A stretch of DNA of 64,000 nt from Macrostomum lignano (taxonomy: Eukaryota): NCBI GenBank assembly GCA_002269645.1, contig NIVC01003059.1, forward strand, positions 1 through 64,000, read 5' to 3'. Numbering within the stretch: the stretch's first letter is position 1; each line of letters begins with the position of its first letter. Below, piece after piece: positions 11,166 through 22,813 of the stretch. Both the position numbers and the translations under genes were made by a program. The notes below the pieces were generated by a model, which searched no databases, had not been told where the DNA came from, and saw nothing but the letters and a program-made list of their open reading frames with translations.

Positions 11166-12006
11166 TAACAAAGCTAAAGACAACATCAATTAATTATAGT
11201 TGGTTGATTGTAATTCTGGATTTAGCGTGTCCTACTAATTATTTTAAACTAAATATTCTATTTACCCGCAAGTTGTAAATTAGTTGTTGCACCATTATAG
11301 CATAGCATGATATAGCGCGCATATGCATCGCGGTGTACAGAGGCTATACTAGGCTATACTAGATCTCTTCGAGTTGCAATAATCAAATGTAATTTCTTAG
11401 ATCGCTCTATGCGTGCGGATGTGCATATGTATATGTACAACTTTGTTGATGGCGCCAACAATGAATTATACTCAGCAACATTGAAAAGTCGCCATCACAG
11501 AAGATTCCGTCTGTGGTCGCCACTTTTGAGAGAGTGCAGGTAAAGTCTCTCTCAATATTTTGCGAGCGACGACCAACTCAGCTACGCCACGGCAGACTTG
11601 AGTTGAGGAATGGAGTGGGGGAGCGTGTGCGAGGTTTGGACGGATCAAAGCTACCCCGATCAGTTTTTCTGGCATCTTTTATTTCAGAATAGTCCAGACA
11701 AATTGATCACTGGCGCATAGAGTGCGACTTTCAATGTTGCTGAGTATACAGAGTCAAGCTGGACTGTACGCGTTACTGTTTGCGTTGAGCTAGTTAGGTT
11801 GACTTTGACTTGACTGCAAATCACCACTATAGTTCATATATACTACGAGTACTGCGCGCGTAAATCCGTCCGCATTACTAATATATATTACAATAATTAG
11901 AGTATAGACGAGAGGCGGCCCACACAATTGATCCGTACCGTATGGTCCGTATATACATGTAGCTGCAGGTTCAGGTTAATTATGAGCTCAGCTCCTATCA
12001 GCCAGT

Positions 12007-12125
12007 GGCAACGGCCATACCACGTTGAAAACACCGGTTCTCGTCTGATCACCGAAGTTAAGCAACGTTGGGTTTGGTTAGTACTTGGATGGGTGACCGC
12101 CTGGGAATACCAAATGCTGTTGTCT
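12007..12125 (+). rRNA. 5S rRNA
   Basis: Array copy. Confidence 0.98.
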
Positions 12126-12701
12126 TTTTTGCCTCTTTAACTGCATGCCGCGCGCTCATCAACTAACTCCAGCTGCTGCATGCATTAATACTTAGGCCCA
12201 GGCCCACTAATCCGCCCGCGCCCGCCAACTGGATTGGATGCTGCTTGAATTTTTACCATACGGGCATACGGCATAGGTGTCTGCTGATTCCTTCCTTTCG
12301 AGTTCCACTCCACTCTATCAAGTCAAGGGATTCGATTCGCGTTTCATATTTTGTATGCGCACTTTGCATTTGCACGCGGTAACGCTAATGCACTTATGCA
12401 CTGTGTATTAATAGTTTTACGAGTATCTCCATTTCTCACATGGGAATTTTACTTGATTTATAGCCATCAATCAATCAACTAGGAGGCGCGTTTGTGTGCA
12501 CACTTTCTAAACATGTCGGCTAAAAGAAAGAAAGAAACTTTTTCGCGCAGCTCTTTTCAAGCTCTAGTGCAAAATAATGCTGCACTAGTCGGCAAAACTT
12601 ACTTGGAGTAGATAAAGTTCAACAAAATAATTTGCCCTAGGGCTCGAGGCTCAAACGGAGAGCTGTGCACTCAGTGAGAGCCGGTTCCAGCTCGTCTCTT
12701 T

Positions 12702-12815
12702 GCCGTATCGACGGTCTCTTACTGCGAAGACTCTTAATTTTGCATGGTAAGACACCGCGTGGATCCAATTGAGCGATCTACTCAATTTTTGACAAGCCGC
12801 GCTACCGCGGCTGCC
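12702..12815 (+). ncRNA. SL RNA gene
   Basis: Array copy. Confidence 0.9.
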
Positions 12816-13653
12816 TAACAAAGCTAAAGACAACATCAATTAATTATAGTTGGTTGATTGTAATTCTGGATTTAGCGTGTCCTACTAATTATTTTAAACT
12901 AAATATTCTATTTACCCGCAAGTTGTAAATTAGTTGTTGCACCATTATAGCATAGCATGATATAGCGCGCATATGCATCGCGGTGTACAGAGGCTATACT
13001 AGGCTATACTAGATCTCTTCGAGTTGCAATAATCAAATGTAATTTCTTAGATCGCTCTATGCGTGCGGATGTGCATATGTACATGTACAACTTTGTTGAT
13101 GGCGCCAACAATGAATTATACTCAGCAACATTGAAAAGTCGCCATCACAGAAGATTCCGTCTGTGGTCGCCACTTTTGAGAGAGTGCAGGTAAAGTCTCT
13201 CTCAATATTTGCGAGCGACGCAACTCAGCTACGCCACGGCAGACTTGAGTTGAGGAATGGAGTGGGGGAGCGGTGTGCGAGGTTTGGACGGATCAAAGCT
13301 ACCCCGATCAGTTTTTCTGGCATCTTTTATTTCAGAATAGTCCAAGACAAATTGATCACTGGCGCATAGAGTGGCGACTTTTCAATGTTGCTGAGTATAC
13401 AGAGTCAAGCTGGACTGTACGCGTTACTGTTTGCGTTGAGCTAGTTAGGTTGACTTTGACTTGACTGCAAATCACCACTATAGTTCACTATATACTACGA
13501 GCGCGGTAAATCCGTCCGCATTACTAATTATATATTACAATAATTAGAGTATAGACGAGAGGCGGCCCACACAATTGATCCGTACCGTATGGTCCGTATA
13601 TACATGTAGCTGCAGGTTCAGGTTAATTATGAGCTCAGCTCCTATCAGCCAGT

Positions 13654-13772
13654 GGCAACGGCCATACCACGTTGAAAACACCGGTTCTCGTCTGATCACC
13701 GAAGTTAAGCAACGTTGGGTTTGGTTAGTACTTGGATGGGTGACCGCCTGGGAATACCAAATGCTGTTGTCT
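13654..13772 (+). rRNA. 5S rRNA
   Basis: Array copy. Confidence 0.98.
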
Positions 13773-14348
13773 TTTTTGCCTCTTTAACTGCATGCCGCGC
13801 GCTCATCAACTAACTCCAGCTGCTGCATGCATTAATACTTAGGCCCAGGCCCACTAATCCGCCCGCGCCCGCCAACTGGATTGGATGCTGCTTGAATTTT
13901 TACCATACGGGCATACGGCATAGGTGTCTGCTGATTCCTTCCTTTCGAGTTCCACTCCACTCTATCAAGTCAAGGGATTCGATTCGCGTTTCATATTTTG
14001 TATGCGCACTTTGCATTTGCACGCGGTAACGCTAATGCACTTATGCACTGTGTATTAATAGTTTTACGAGTATCTCCATTTCTCACATGGGAATTTTACT
14101 TGATTTATAGCCATCAATCAATCAACTAGGAGGCGCGTTTGTGTGCACACTTTCTAAACATGTCGGCTAAAAGAAAGAAAGAAACTTTTTCGCGCAGCTC
14201 TTTTCAAGCTCTAGTGCAAAATAATGCTGCACTAGTCGGCAAAACTTACTTGGAGTAGATAAAGTTCAACAAAATAATTTGCCCTAGGGCTCGAGGCTCA
14301 AACGGAGAGCTGTGCACTCAGTGAGAGCCGGTTCCAGCTCGTCTCTTT

Positions 14349-14462
14349 GCCGTATCGACGGTCTCTTACTGCGAAGACTCTTAATTTTGCATGGTAAGAC
14401 ACCGCGTGGATCCAATTGAGCGATCTACTCAATTTTTGACAAGCCGCGCTACCGCGGCTGCC
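14349..14462 (+). ncRNA. SL RNA gene
   Basis: Array copy. Confidence 0.9.
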
Positions 14463-15300
14463 TAACAAAGCTAAAGACAACATCAATTAATTATAGTTGG
14501 TTGATTGTAATTCTGGATTTAGCGTGTCCTACTAATTATTTTAAACTAAATATTCTATTTACCCGCAAGTTGTAAATTAGTTGTTGCACCATTATAGCAT
14601 AGCATGATATAGCGCGCATATGCATCGCGGTGTACAGAGGCTATACTAGGCTATACTAGATCTCTTCGAGTTGCAATAATCAAATGTAATTTCTTAGATC
14701 GCTCTATGCGTGCGGATGTGCATATGTACATGTACAACTTTGTTGATGGCGCCAACAATGAATTATACTCAGCAACATTGAAAAGTCGCCATCACAGAAG
14801 ATTCCGTCTGTGGTCGCCACTTTTGAGAGAGTGCAGGTAAAGTCTCTCTCAATATTTGCGAGCGACGCAACTCAGCTACGCCACGGCAGACTTGAGTTGA
14901 GGAATGGAGTGGGGGAGCGGTGTGCGAGGTTTGGACGGATCAAAGCTACCCCGATCAGTTTTTCTGGCATCTTTTATTTCAGAATAGTCCAAGACAAATT
15001 GATCACTGGCGCATAGAGTGGCGACTTTTCAATGTTGCTGAGTATACAGAGTCAAGCTGGACTGTACGCGTTACTGTTTGCGTTGAGCTAGTTAGGTTGA
15101 CTTTGACTTGACTGCAAATCACCACTATAGTTCACTATATACTACGAGCGCGGTAAATCCGTCCGCATTACTAATTATATATTACAATAATTAGAGTATA
15201 GACGAGAGGCGGCCCACACAATTGATCCGTACCGTATGGTCCGTATATACATGTAGCTGCAGGTTCAGGTTAATTATGAGCTCAGCTCCTATCAGCCAGT

Positions 15301-15418
15301 GGCAACGGCCATACCACGTTGAAAACACCGGTTCTCGTCTGATCACCGAAGTTAAGCAACGTTGGTTTGGTTAGTACTTGGATGGGTGACCGCCTGGGAA
15401 TACCAAATGCTGTTGTCT
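15301..15418 (+). rRNA. 5S rRNA (1-bp G deletion)
   Basis: Array copy with GTTGGTTTGG instead of GTTGGGTTTGG. Confidence 0.93.
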
Positions 15419-15466
15419 TTTTTGCCTCTTTAACTGCATGCCGCGCGCTCATCAACTAACTCCAGC

Positions 15467-15752
15467 TGTTTGGGAGGTAGATTAGTAGCATTGATTTTCT
15501 TTCCAATTCCACTGCGTGATTTAATGTACGTGTTTATTATTCAATTTTCTATGTACGCTGATTTAGCCCAGGCCCATCTCACCCACCCCCCTCCACGCTG
15601 GCTGATTCTGACTGACTGCAATAAATATATCATCGAGAGGGCTTATTAGCCCTGTGTACGGTTTACGCTTTTCGTTTTGTTAGCGTCTCGCTTGAGCCTC
15701 AGCTCCAAAATAGTTATTGGCGGACCATCGGTCTTTTCATTTCTATAGTACA
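15467..15752 (+). repeat. 5' LTR (286 bp)
   Basis: TGTTTGGGAGG...TAGTACA; appears identical to the 3' LTR except for one extra C in a C-run. Confidence 0.97.
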
Positions 15753-15755
15753 TTT

Positions 15756-15773
15756 TGGTAGCAGAGCGTGGTT
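15756..15773 (+). promoter_or_regulatory. Primer-binding site, tRNA-iMet type
   Basis: TGGTAGCAGAGCGTGGTT begins 4 nt after the 5' LTR and is complementary to an initiator-Met tRNA 3' end (...CUCUGCUACCA). Confidence 0.85.
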
Positions 15774-15838
15774 GGACAAGCCTAACTTACCACTGACGTG
15801 GCAAGCAATAGAACCCTACTGTGAAACGAAGGACCAGG

Positions 15839-18800
15839 ATGGACAGTGACGACGCCAATGAGCAGCAGCAGCAGGAAGCCCAAGACGATGCCGGCGCCCT
15901 ACGTTTAGAGAAGCTGCGCTTCGAGAAATCCCGAAAAAAAGCAGCGTTCACTCGTTGCAAAAACAAGCTGTCTTGGCTGTTAAAGACGCACGCCTCTGAT
16001 GACGAAGTGCAAGTTGCCTGTGACGCTCTGTCAGACCTGCAAGATCTGGTCAGCGCCATCCAGGAAGAACTGCATGAAGGCTACGCCGACGCCAAGGACA
16101 ACGAGAGGCGACAGCGCCTACTAGACGAAATGGAGGAGACGGAGCGCGACTACCAAGCTGCCATGCAGCGCGTCGAAAGCGCCAGAAACCGGAGATTGCA
16201 GCGCGCCAAAGAAGCTCCTCCTGCCGCGAGCTCAAGCGGTGAGAACGCTGCGGGTGACCAAGAAGAAGCAGCTGGTGAGTTACACAAACTTTCTGGCAGT
16301 GCTGCGTCCAGCAAAGGATCCAACCCGAAGGAGCTTTCAAAGGATTTGTGGAAGATGCTGAAGCGTGTTGAAATCCCAACGTTTAGTGGAGAAAAGCAGA
16401 AGTATGAAAACTGGAAGGCAGCCTTTGTTGCGTGCATCGACAGCGCCCCTGCAACACCAGAATTCAAGTTGCTGCAGCTTAGGCAGTACCTCAGCGGTGA
16501 AGCTTTGAAGGTTATAGAACATCTAGGACACTCTGCTGCGGCATATGAAGCTGCAAAAGAGAGATTAGAGAGAGAATTTGGTGGACAGCGTAGGCAACTT
16601 GCTCTGCACTTGGAAGAGCTGGACAGCTTCCCGATCGTGCGAAATGGAAACGCCAAGGATCTGAAAAGCTTTGCTAATCTACTGGATGTGGCTGTCGTTA
16701 ACCTTGAGGATGCGGGTAAAGAGGCAGAGCTTCAAGATGGGATGTTGTATGTGAGGCTGCAGAAAAAGTTGCCTGAGCAGATGGTTGCCAGCTACCGGAG
16801 GTGGATCTTTGAGCAGCGGAAGCCGGAGAGTGTTAGAAATCTGAGAATTTGGGTGCTGCAAGAAGCAGAGTTTCAGACTGAAGCGTCAGAGATTGTGCAG
16901 GGCGTTGCCACCATGCAGCAGGAGCGTCAAAAGCGAGAGCAGCGACCAAAGACTTTCGTTACTACGGACAGTGACAAGAAGGTACAGCGAAAGATTTGCA
17001 TTGTTTGTCAAGGTGATCACGAGCTGTGGTCCTGCAGTGAGTTCAAGGAGCTTCCGGTGGAAAAACGCTGGGACGCGGCGCAGAGCTCGAAGTGTTGTTT
17101 CCGGTGCTTGGGCCAAGGACATCTTGGTAGCCAATGTCGGCGTGGTCGTCGGTGCGGCATCAGCAGCTGCACAAAGTTCCATCATCGCCTGCTTCATGCA
17201 GAAAAAGTGTTGGCCAAGTCTGGTGAAGCGAAGCAGACTGCATCCAAGGACGCTAAATCCGCTTCCAGTTCAGGAAAGACTGGACCGGTGACGCTTCTGT
17301 CGGCTGGTGAAACGGCAATCTCGCTACGAACGGTACCTGTAGTCCTACGGAACGGGTCCCGGAAGCTGAAGGTGAATGCCTTGCTCGACGATGCCAGTAC
17401 CAGGAGCTACGTCAACATCGGGATAGCAGAAGCGCTTGGAGTGCATGGAGCGCTCGAAAAGGTGAAAGTCGGAGTCATCAATGGCCAAACAGAGACCTTC
17501 ATGACAGCCCCAGTCTGCTTTAGCTTGGAAAGTCTGGATGGTCAGACCAGCTCAATGATCGTCGCCTTCACCGCTGATCACGTGACTGGGTCCCTCAAAG
17601 GCGTCGACTGGCACGAAGAAGCGCAGCAGTGGCCTCATCTGAGAAATGTGCCGTTTCCGAAGCTGTGTGAGCCTGCAGTAGTGGACTTGCTGATTGGTGC
17701 TGATCACCCGGATCTTCACGTGTCTCTCAAAGAAATCGTCGGACAGCCGCTGGAGCCAAAGGCGCGCCTGACTCCCCTGGGTTGGACGTGCATCGGTCGC
17801 ACAGAGCAGGACAATTCTGAGATGCAGAACGCCCATTTTGCTGCCACTTTCTTCAGCTGCGATTCCGAATCTGGTCAGGTGGCTAAGATCCTGCGGCAGT
17901 TTTGGGAGATCGAGAACGTCTCAGAAGGTGCCAATCGAAGTCCGCTGACCGCCGATGAGGAGAGAGCCGTCCAGCAAGCCAAGTCGTCGCTAAAGTACAC
18001 GAAGGGCCGTTACCAGATCGGGATTCCATGGAAAAAGGATCGGCTGGCTCCAGCAGGCACTTTCTCAATGGCCTTGAAGCGACTAAAGAACACCGAACAG
18101 CGGCTGATTAAGGATATGAACGTCTGCAAGCAGTATCAGGAGATCCTTGAAAAGTATGAACAGCAAGGTTATATCCGAAAAGTGTCGCAAGCTGAGACTG
18201 AAGGCCGCTGTTTCCTGCCGCACTTCCCAGTGCTGCGGCCAGACAAGGCTACGACAAAAGTGCGAATAGTCTTTGATGCATCGGCTGCCAGATTGAACGA
18301 CCAGATCCTCCAGGGCCCCAAACTGCAGAGGGATTTGGTTGACGTGCTGCTTCGGTTCCGCCGACACCCGATTGCGATCGCATGCGACGTAGCGGAAATG
18401 TATCTCCAGATCGAGATGGACCCGAAGGACAGGCCGCTGCACAGTTTCCTTTGGCGGGACGCCGATCCTTCAAAGCAGCCGGATGTCTACGAGTTCAACA
18501 GAGTGGTGTTCGGCGTCACCAGCTCTCCGTTCTTGGCACAGTTCGTTACCCGCTGCCATGCTGAAAAGTCAAAAGGTGAGCTTCCAGAGGCGGCCGAGAC
18601 AGTACTGCACTCTACCTATATGGATGACAGCCTGGACTCTGCGCCCACCGAGGCAGCCGCCTGCAGGCTGTACGATCAACTCAGTGAGCTCTGGAGGCGC
18701 GCCGGCATGCACGCGCGCAAGTGGGTCTCGAACTCGAGAGCTGTGCTCGATAGAATCCCACCTGAAGACCGTGCAGCAGAAGTTACCTTGGACAGCAAAG

Positions 18801-19507
18801 AACTACCAAGCACCAAGACACTGGGTGTCACGTGGCAGAGTGAGCAGGACGAATTTACCTTTAAAGATGAAAACGAGTCGTGTCAGGTGACCACAAAAAG
18901 AGGTCTGCTGAAGAAGCTAGCGAGCGTCTTCGATCCACTTGGACTGATCTCCCCGTTTGTCGTGCAGGCGAAAATTCTGATGCAGGAGCTTTGGCAGTCA
19001 ATCTGGTCAATTCTGAGGGAGACGGACGTCACCGATGAGGAGCTGCTAAGCGCGTTTGCTGGAGCAGAGGCACTTCTGAATTCAAGGCCGCTGACGTACC
19101 AGACGGCGCATCCGAGTGATGATGTGCCGCTGACGCCGAATCACTTCCTTATCGGGCAAGTCGGCGGGAAGTTTGCACCGGAGGTCGACGCTGCCATCGC
19201 CCGCAGTCCTTCAAGAAGATGGCGTCACGTCCAGCAGCTGGTGTCGCAGATCTGGCGCCGGTGGTTGCGCGAGTGGCTGCCGGGACTCGCACCGCGGAGC
19301 AAGTGGCGCCGCGAGCTGCCTGACCTACAACCTGGAGACGTGGCGCTGCTGGTGAGCCCGGACTCGCCTCGGGGTCACTGGCCGCTGGCTCGCGTGCTGG
19401 AGGTCATGCGCGGTTCGGACGGTCACGTGAGAGTCGCCTCAATCAGAGTCGGTGATCGCACAATGACGAGACCAATAACAAAGTTGTGTCCAATATCTGC
19501 AGGTTAG
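15839..19507 (+). CDS. Bel/Pao Gag-Pol polyprotein (Gag, zinc knuckles, protease, RT) fused in frame to the integrase C-terminus
   Basis: ORF 15821-19507, first ATG 15839. Gag region IPTFSGE..YENW. Zinc knuckles CIVCQGDHELWSC, CFRCLGQGHLGSQC, CGISSCTKFHHRLLH. Protease LLDDAS. RT FGVTSSPF...YMDD. FDPLG..P then jumps directly to EALLNSRPLT...LTPNHFL...W...W..EWL (integrase C-terminal region). Confidence 0.95.
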   Translation: MDSDDANEQQQQEAQDDAGALRLEKLRFEKSRKKAAFTRCKNKLSWLLKTHASDDEVQVACDALSDLQDLVSAIQEELHEGYADAKDNERRQRLLDEMEETERDYQAAMQRVESARNRRLQRAKEAPPAASSSGENAAGDQEEAAGELHKLSGSAASSKGSNPKELSKDLWKMLKRVEIPTFSGEKQKYENWKAAFVACIDSAPATPEFKLLQLRQYLSGEALKVIEHLGHSAAAYEAAKERLEREFGGQRRQLALHLEELDSFPIVRNGNAKDLKSFANLLDVAVVNLEDAGKEAELQDGMLYVRLQKKLPEQMVASYRRWIFEQRKPESVRNLRIWVLQEAEFQTEASEIVQGVATMQQERQKREQRPKTFVTTDSDKKVQRKICIVCQGDHELWSCSEFKELPVEKRWDAAQSSKCCFRCLGQGHLGSQCRRGRRCGISSCTKFHHRLLHAEKVLAKSGEAKQTASKDAKSASSSGKTGPVTLLSAGETAISLRTVPVVLRNGSRKLKVNALLDDASTRSYVNIGIAEALGVHGALEKVKVGVINGQTETFMTAPVCFSLESLDGQTSSMIVAFTADHVTGSLKGVDWHEEAQQWPHLRNVPFPKLCEPAVVDLLIGADHPDLHVSLKEIVGQPLEPKARLTPLGWTCIGRTEQDNSEMQNAHFAATFFSCDSESGQVAKILRQFWEIENVSEGANRSPLTADEERAVQQAKSSLKYTKGRYQIGIPWKKDRLAPAGTFSMALKRLKNTEQRLIKDMNVCKQYQEILEKYEQQGYIRKVSQAETEGRCFLPHFPVLRPDKATTKVRIVFDASAARLNDQILQGPKLQRDLVDVLLRFRRHPIAIACDVAEMYLQIEMDPKDRPLHSFLWRDADPSKQPDVYEFNRVVFGVTSSPFLAQFVTRCHAEKSKGELPEAAETVLHSTYMDDSLDSAPTEAAACRLYDQLSELWRRAGMHARKWVSNSRAVLDRIPPEDRAAEVTLDSKELPSTKTLGVTWQSEQDEFTFKDENESCQVTTKRGLLKKLASVFDPLGLISPFVVQAKILMQELWQSIWSILRETDVTDEELLSAFAGAEALLNSRPLTYQTAHPSDDVPLTPNHFLIGQVGGKFAPEVDAAIARSPSRRWRHVQQLVSQIWRRWLREWLPGLAPRSKWRRELPDLQPGDVALLVSPDSPRGHWPLARVLEVMRGSDGHVRVASIRVGDRTMTRPITKLCPISAG

Positions 19508-20221
19508 TTTGCGAACCTTTGCTAGAGAATTAGACTTTGTCAGGTTTCGCAATTTTTCTGATGAGTTGTTCAATTTTCCTGTTTGTTGCATTGTTCGTAA
19601 AGTCTTCTTTCCCTTTCATGCTAATAGGAATCACCCTGTTTTTGCCGTCTTAACCCAATTTTCGCTTTCAGTGTTCAACGCGATTAACATTCATTATTTA
19701 GCTATTTATTTTCTTGCGTGAATTTTTGCTGAATAGCAGTCGTTACGGTTTAGTGAATTTGTCGGCAAGTTTGTCTTTTGCGTTTTTTGAGTTTTTTACG
19801 AGCGATGTTTGCATTATTTGAGCTCTACTTAATATTGCTTGATTTTCTGCGCTTAGAAGTACCATAGTTTATGCGCCAGTTCCGACCTTTTGATAGCCCA
19901 ATGCTTACAATTGTTGTTTCAGTTTTTGTTTCAGTTGCGTTTGGTGGCGGAAGTCTGCGTTCGTGTTCAATTTTGAAATTTTATATGATAGCTGACGTAC
20001 TTCTGCAAAATTTTCGATTGTCATCTACGATCTGCGTACTTATCTTCACCTTTTTCTCTATTTTTCTACCATTCACAATGTCGCCATCAATGTTTCATGC
20101 AACGTTGTTTTTTTGCTTTTTGAGTTCGATTTTGTATCACGCATCGTTTTCGAATATTTTCCTATTACCGTATTCGTTTTCATTGTTTCATCCCTCGAAT
20201 AGTTTTTGTCATTGTTATGCC

Positions 20222-20234
20222 AAGGTGGGGGGTA
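20222..20234 (+). promoter_or_regulatory. Polypurine tract
   Basis: AAGGTGGGGGGTA immediately before the 3' LTR. Confidence 0.8.
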
Positions 20235-20519
20235 TGTTTGGGAGGTAGATTAGTAGCATTGATTTTCTTTCCAATTCCACTGCGTGATTTAATGTACGTG
20301 TTTATTATTCAATTTTCTATGTACGCTGATTTAGCCCAGGCCCATCTCACCCACCCCCTCCACGCTGGCTGATTCTGACTGACTGCAATAAATATATCAT
20401 CGAGAGGGCTTATTAGCCCTGTGTACGGTTTACGCTTTTCGTTTTGTTAGCGTCTCGCTTGAGCCTCAGCTCCAAAATAGTTATTGGCGGACCATCGGTC
20501 TTTTCATTTCTATAGTACA
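20235..20519 (+). repeat. 3' LTR (285 bp)
   Basis: Direct repeat of 15467-15752. Confidence 0.97.
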
Positions 20520-21052
20520 CCAGCTGCTGCATGCATTAATACTTAGGCCCAGGCCCACTAATCCGCCCGCGCCCGCCAACTGGATTGGATGCTGCTTGAA
20601 TTTTTACCATACGGGCATACGGCATAGGTGTCTGCTGATTCCTTCCTTTCGAGTTCCACTCCACTCTATCAAGTCAAGGGATTCGATTCGCGTTTCATAT
20701 TTTGTATGCGCACTTTGCATTTGCACGCGGTAACGCTAATGCACTTATGCACTGTGTATTAATAGTTTTACGAGTATCTCCATTTCTCACATGGGAATTT
20801 TACTTGATTTATAGCCATCAATCAATCAACTAGGAGGCGCGTTTGTGTGCACACTTTCTAAACATGTCGGCTAAAAGAAAGAAAGAAACTTTTTCGCGCA
20901 GCTCTTTTCAAGCTCTAGTGCAAAATAATGCTGCACTAGTCGGCAAAACTTACTTGGAGTAGATAAAGTTCAACAAAATAATTTGCCCTAGGGCTCGAGG
21001 CTCAAACGGAGAGCTGTGCACTCAGTGAGAGCCGGTTCCAGCTCGTCTCTTT

Positions 21053-21166
21053 GCCGTATCGACGGTCTCTTACTGCGAAGACTCTTAATTTTGCATGGTA
21101 AGACACCGCGTGGATCCAATTGAGCGATCTACTCAATTTTTGACAAGCCGCGCTACCGCGGCTGCC
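21053..21166 (+). ncRNA. SL RNA gene
   Basis: Array copy. Confidence 0.9.
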
Positions 21167-22004
21167 TAACAAAGCTAAAGACAACATCAATTAATTATAG
21201 TTGGTTGATTGTAATTCTGGATTTAGCGTGTCCTACTAATTATTTTAAACTAAATATTCTATTTACCCGCAAGTTGTAAATTAGTTGTTGCACCATTATA
21301 GCATAGCATGATATAGCGCGCATATGCATCGCGGTGTACAGAGGCTATACTAGGCTATACTAGATCTCTTCGAGTTGCAATAATCAAATGTAATTTCTTA
21401 GATCGCTCTATGCGTGCGGATGTGCATATGTACATGTACAACTTTGTTGATGGCGCCAACAATGAATTATACTCAGCAACATTGAAAAGTCGCCATCACA
21501 GAAGATTCCGTCTGTGGTCGCCACTTTTGAGAGAGTGCAGGTAAAGTCTCTCTCAATATTTGCGAGCGACGCAACTCAGCTACGCCACGGCAGACTTGAG
21601 TTGAGGAATGGAGTGGGGGAGCGGTGTGCGAGGTTTGGACGGATCAAAGCTACCCCGATCAGTTTTTCTGGCATCTTTTATTTCAGAATAGTCCAAGACA
21701 AATTGATCACTGGCGCATAGAGTGGCGACTTTTCAATGTTGCTGAGTATACAGAGTCAAGCTGGACTGTACGCGTTACTGTTTGCGTTGAGCTAGTTAGG
21801 TTGACTTTGACTTGACTGCAAATCACCACTATAGTTCACTATATACTACGAGCGCGGTAAATCCGTCCGCATTACTAATTATATATTACAATAATTAGAG
21901 TATAGACGAGAGGCGGCCCACACAATTGATCCGTACCGTATGGTCCGTATATACATGTAGCTGCAGGTTCAGGTTAATTATGAGCTCAGCTCCTATCAGC
22001 CAGT

Positions 22005-22123
22005 GGCAACGGCCATACCACGTTGAAAACACCGGTTCTCGTCTGATCACCGAAGTTAAGCAACGTTGGGTTTGGTTAGTACTTGGATGGGTGACCGCCT
22101 GGGAATACCAAATGCTGTTGTCT
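22005..22123 (+). rRNA. 5S rRNA
   Basis: Array copy. Confidence 0.98.
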
Positions 22124-22699
22124 TTTTTGCCTCTTTAACTGCATGCCGCGCGCTCATCAACTAACTCCAGCTGCTGCATGCATTAATACTTAGGCCCAGG
22201 CCCACTAATCCGCCCGCGCCCGCCAACTGGATTGGATGCTGCTTGAATTTTTACCATACGGGCATACGGCATAGGTGTCTGCTGATTCCTTCCTTTCGAG
22301 TTCCACTCCACTCTATCAAGTCAAGGGATTCGATTCGCGTTTCATATTTTGTATGCGCACTTTGCATTTGCACGCGGTAACGCTAATGCACTTATGCACT
22401 GTGTATTAATAGTTTTACGAGTATCTCCATTTCTCACATGGGAATTTTACTTGATTTATAGCCATCAATCAATCAACTAGGAGGCGCGTTTGTGTGCACA
22501 CTTTCTAAACATGTCGGCTAAAAGAAAGAAAGAAACTTTTTCGCGCAGCTCTTTTCAAGCTCTAGTGCAAAATAATGCTGCACTAGTCGGCAAAACTTAC
22601 TTGGAGTAGATAAAGTTCAACAAAATAATTTGCCCTAGGGCTCGAGGCTCAAACGGAGAGCTGTGCACTCAGTGAGAGCCGGTTCCAGCTCGTCTCTTT

Positions 22700-22813
22700 G
22701 CCGTATCGACGGTCTCTTACTGCGAAGACTCTTAATTTTGCATGGTAAGACACCGCGTGGATCCAATTGAGCGATCTACTCAATTTTTGACAAGCCGCGC
22801 TACCGCGGCTGCC
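22700..22813 (+). ncRNA. SL RNA gene
   Basis: Array copy. Confidence 0.9.

Larger units (their letters stand above)
15467..20519 (+). mobile_element. Bel/Pao LTR retrotransposon, internally deleted (5053 bp)
   Basis: TG...CA LTRs at both ends, 5-bp TSD CCAGC (15462-15466 and 20520-20524), PBS, PPT and a single gag-pol ORF. Confidence 0.97.

Noticed and set aside
15787-19355. Antisense and alternate-frame ORFs overlapping gag-pol
   Set aside because: Shadow ORFs of a GC-rich coding sequence.
19871-20248. Hydrophobic 125-aa ORF as a possible env gene
   Set aside because: It is a by-product of the T-rich 3' UTR (F/S/L-rich), runs into the LTR and has no env features.
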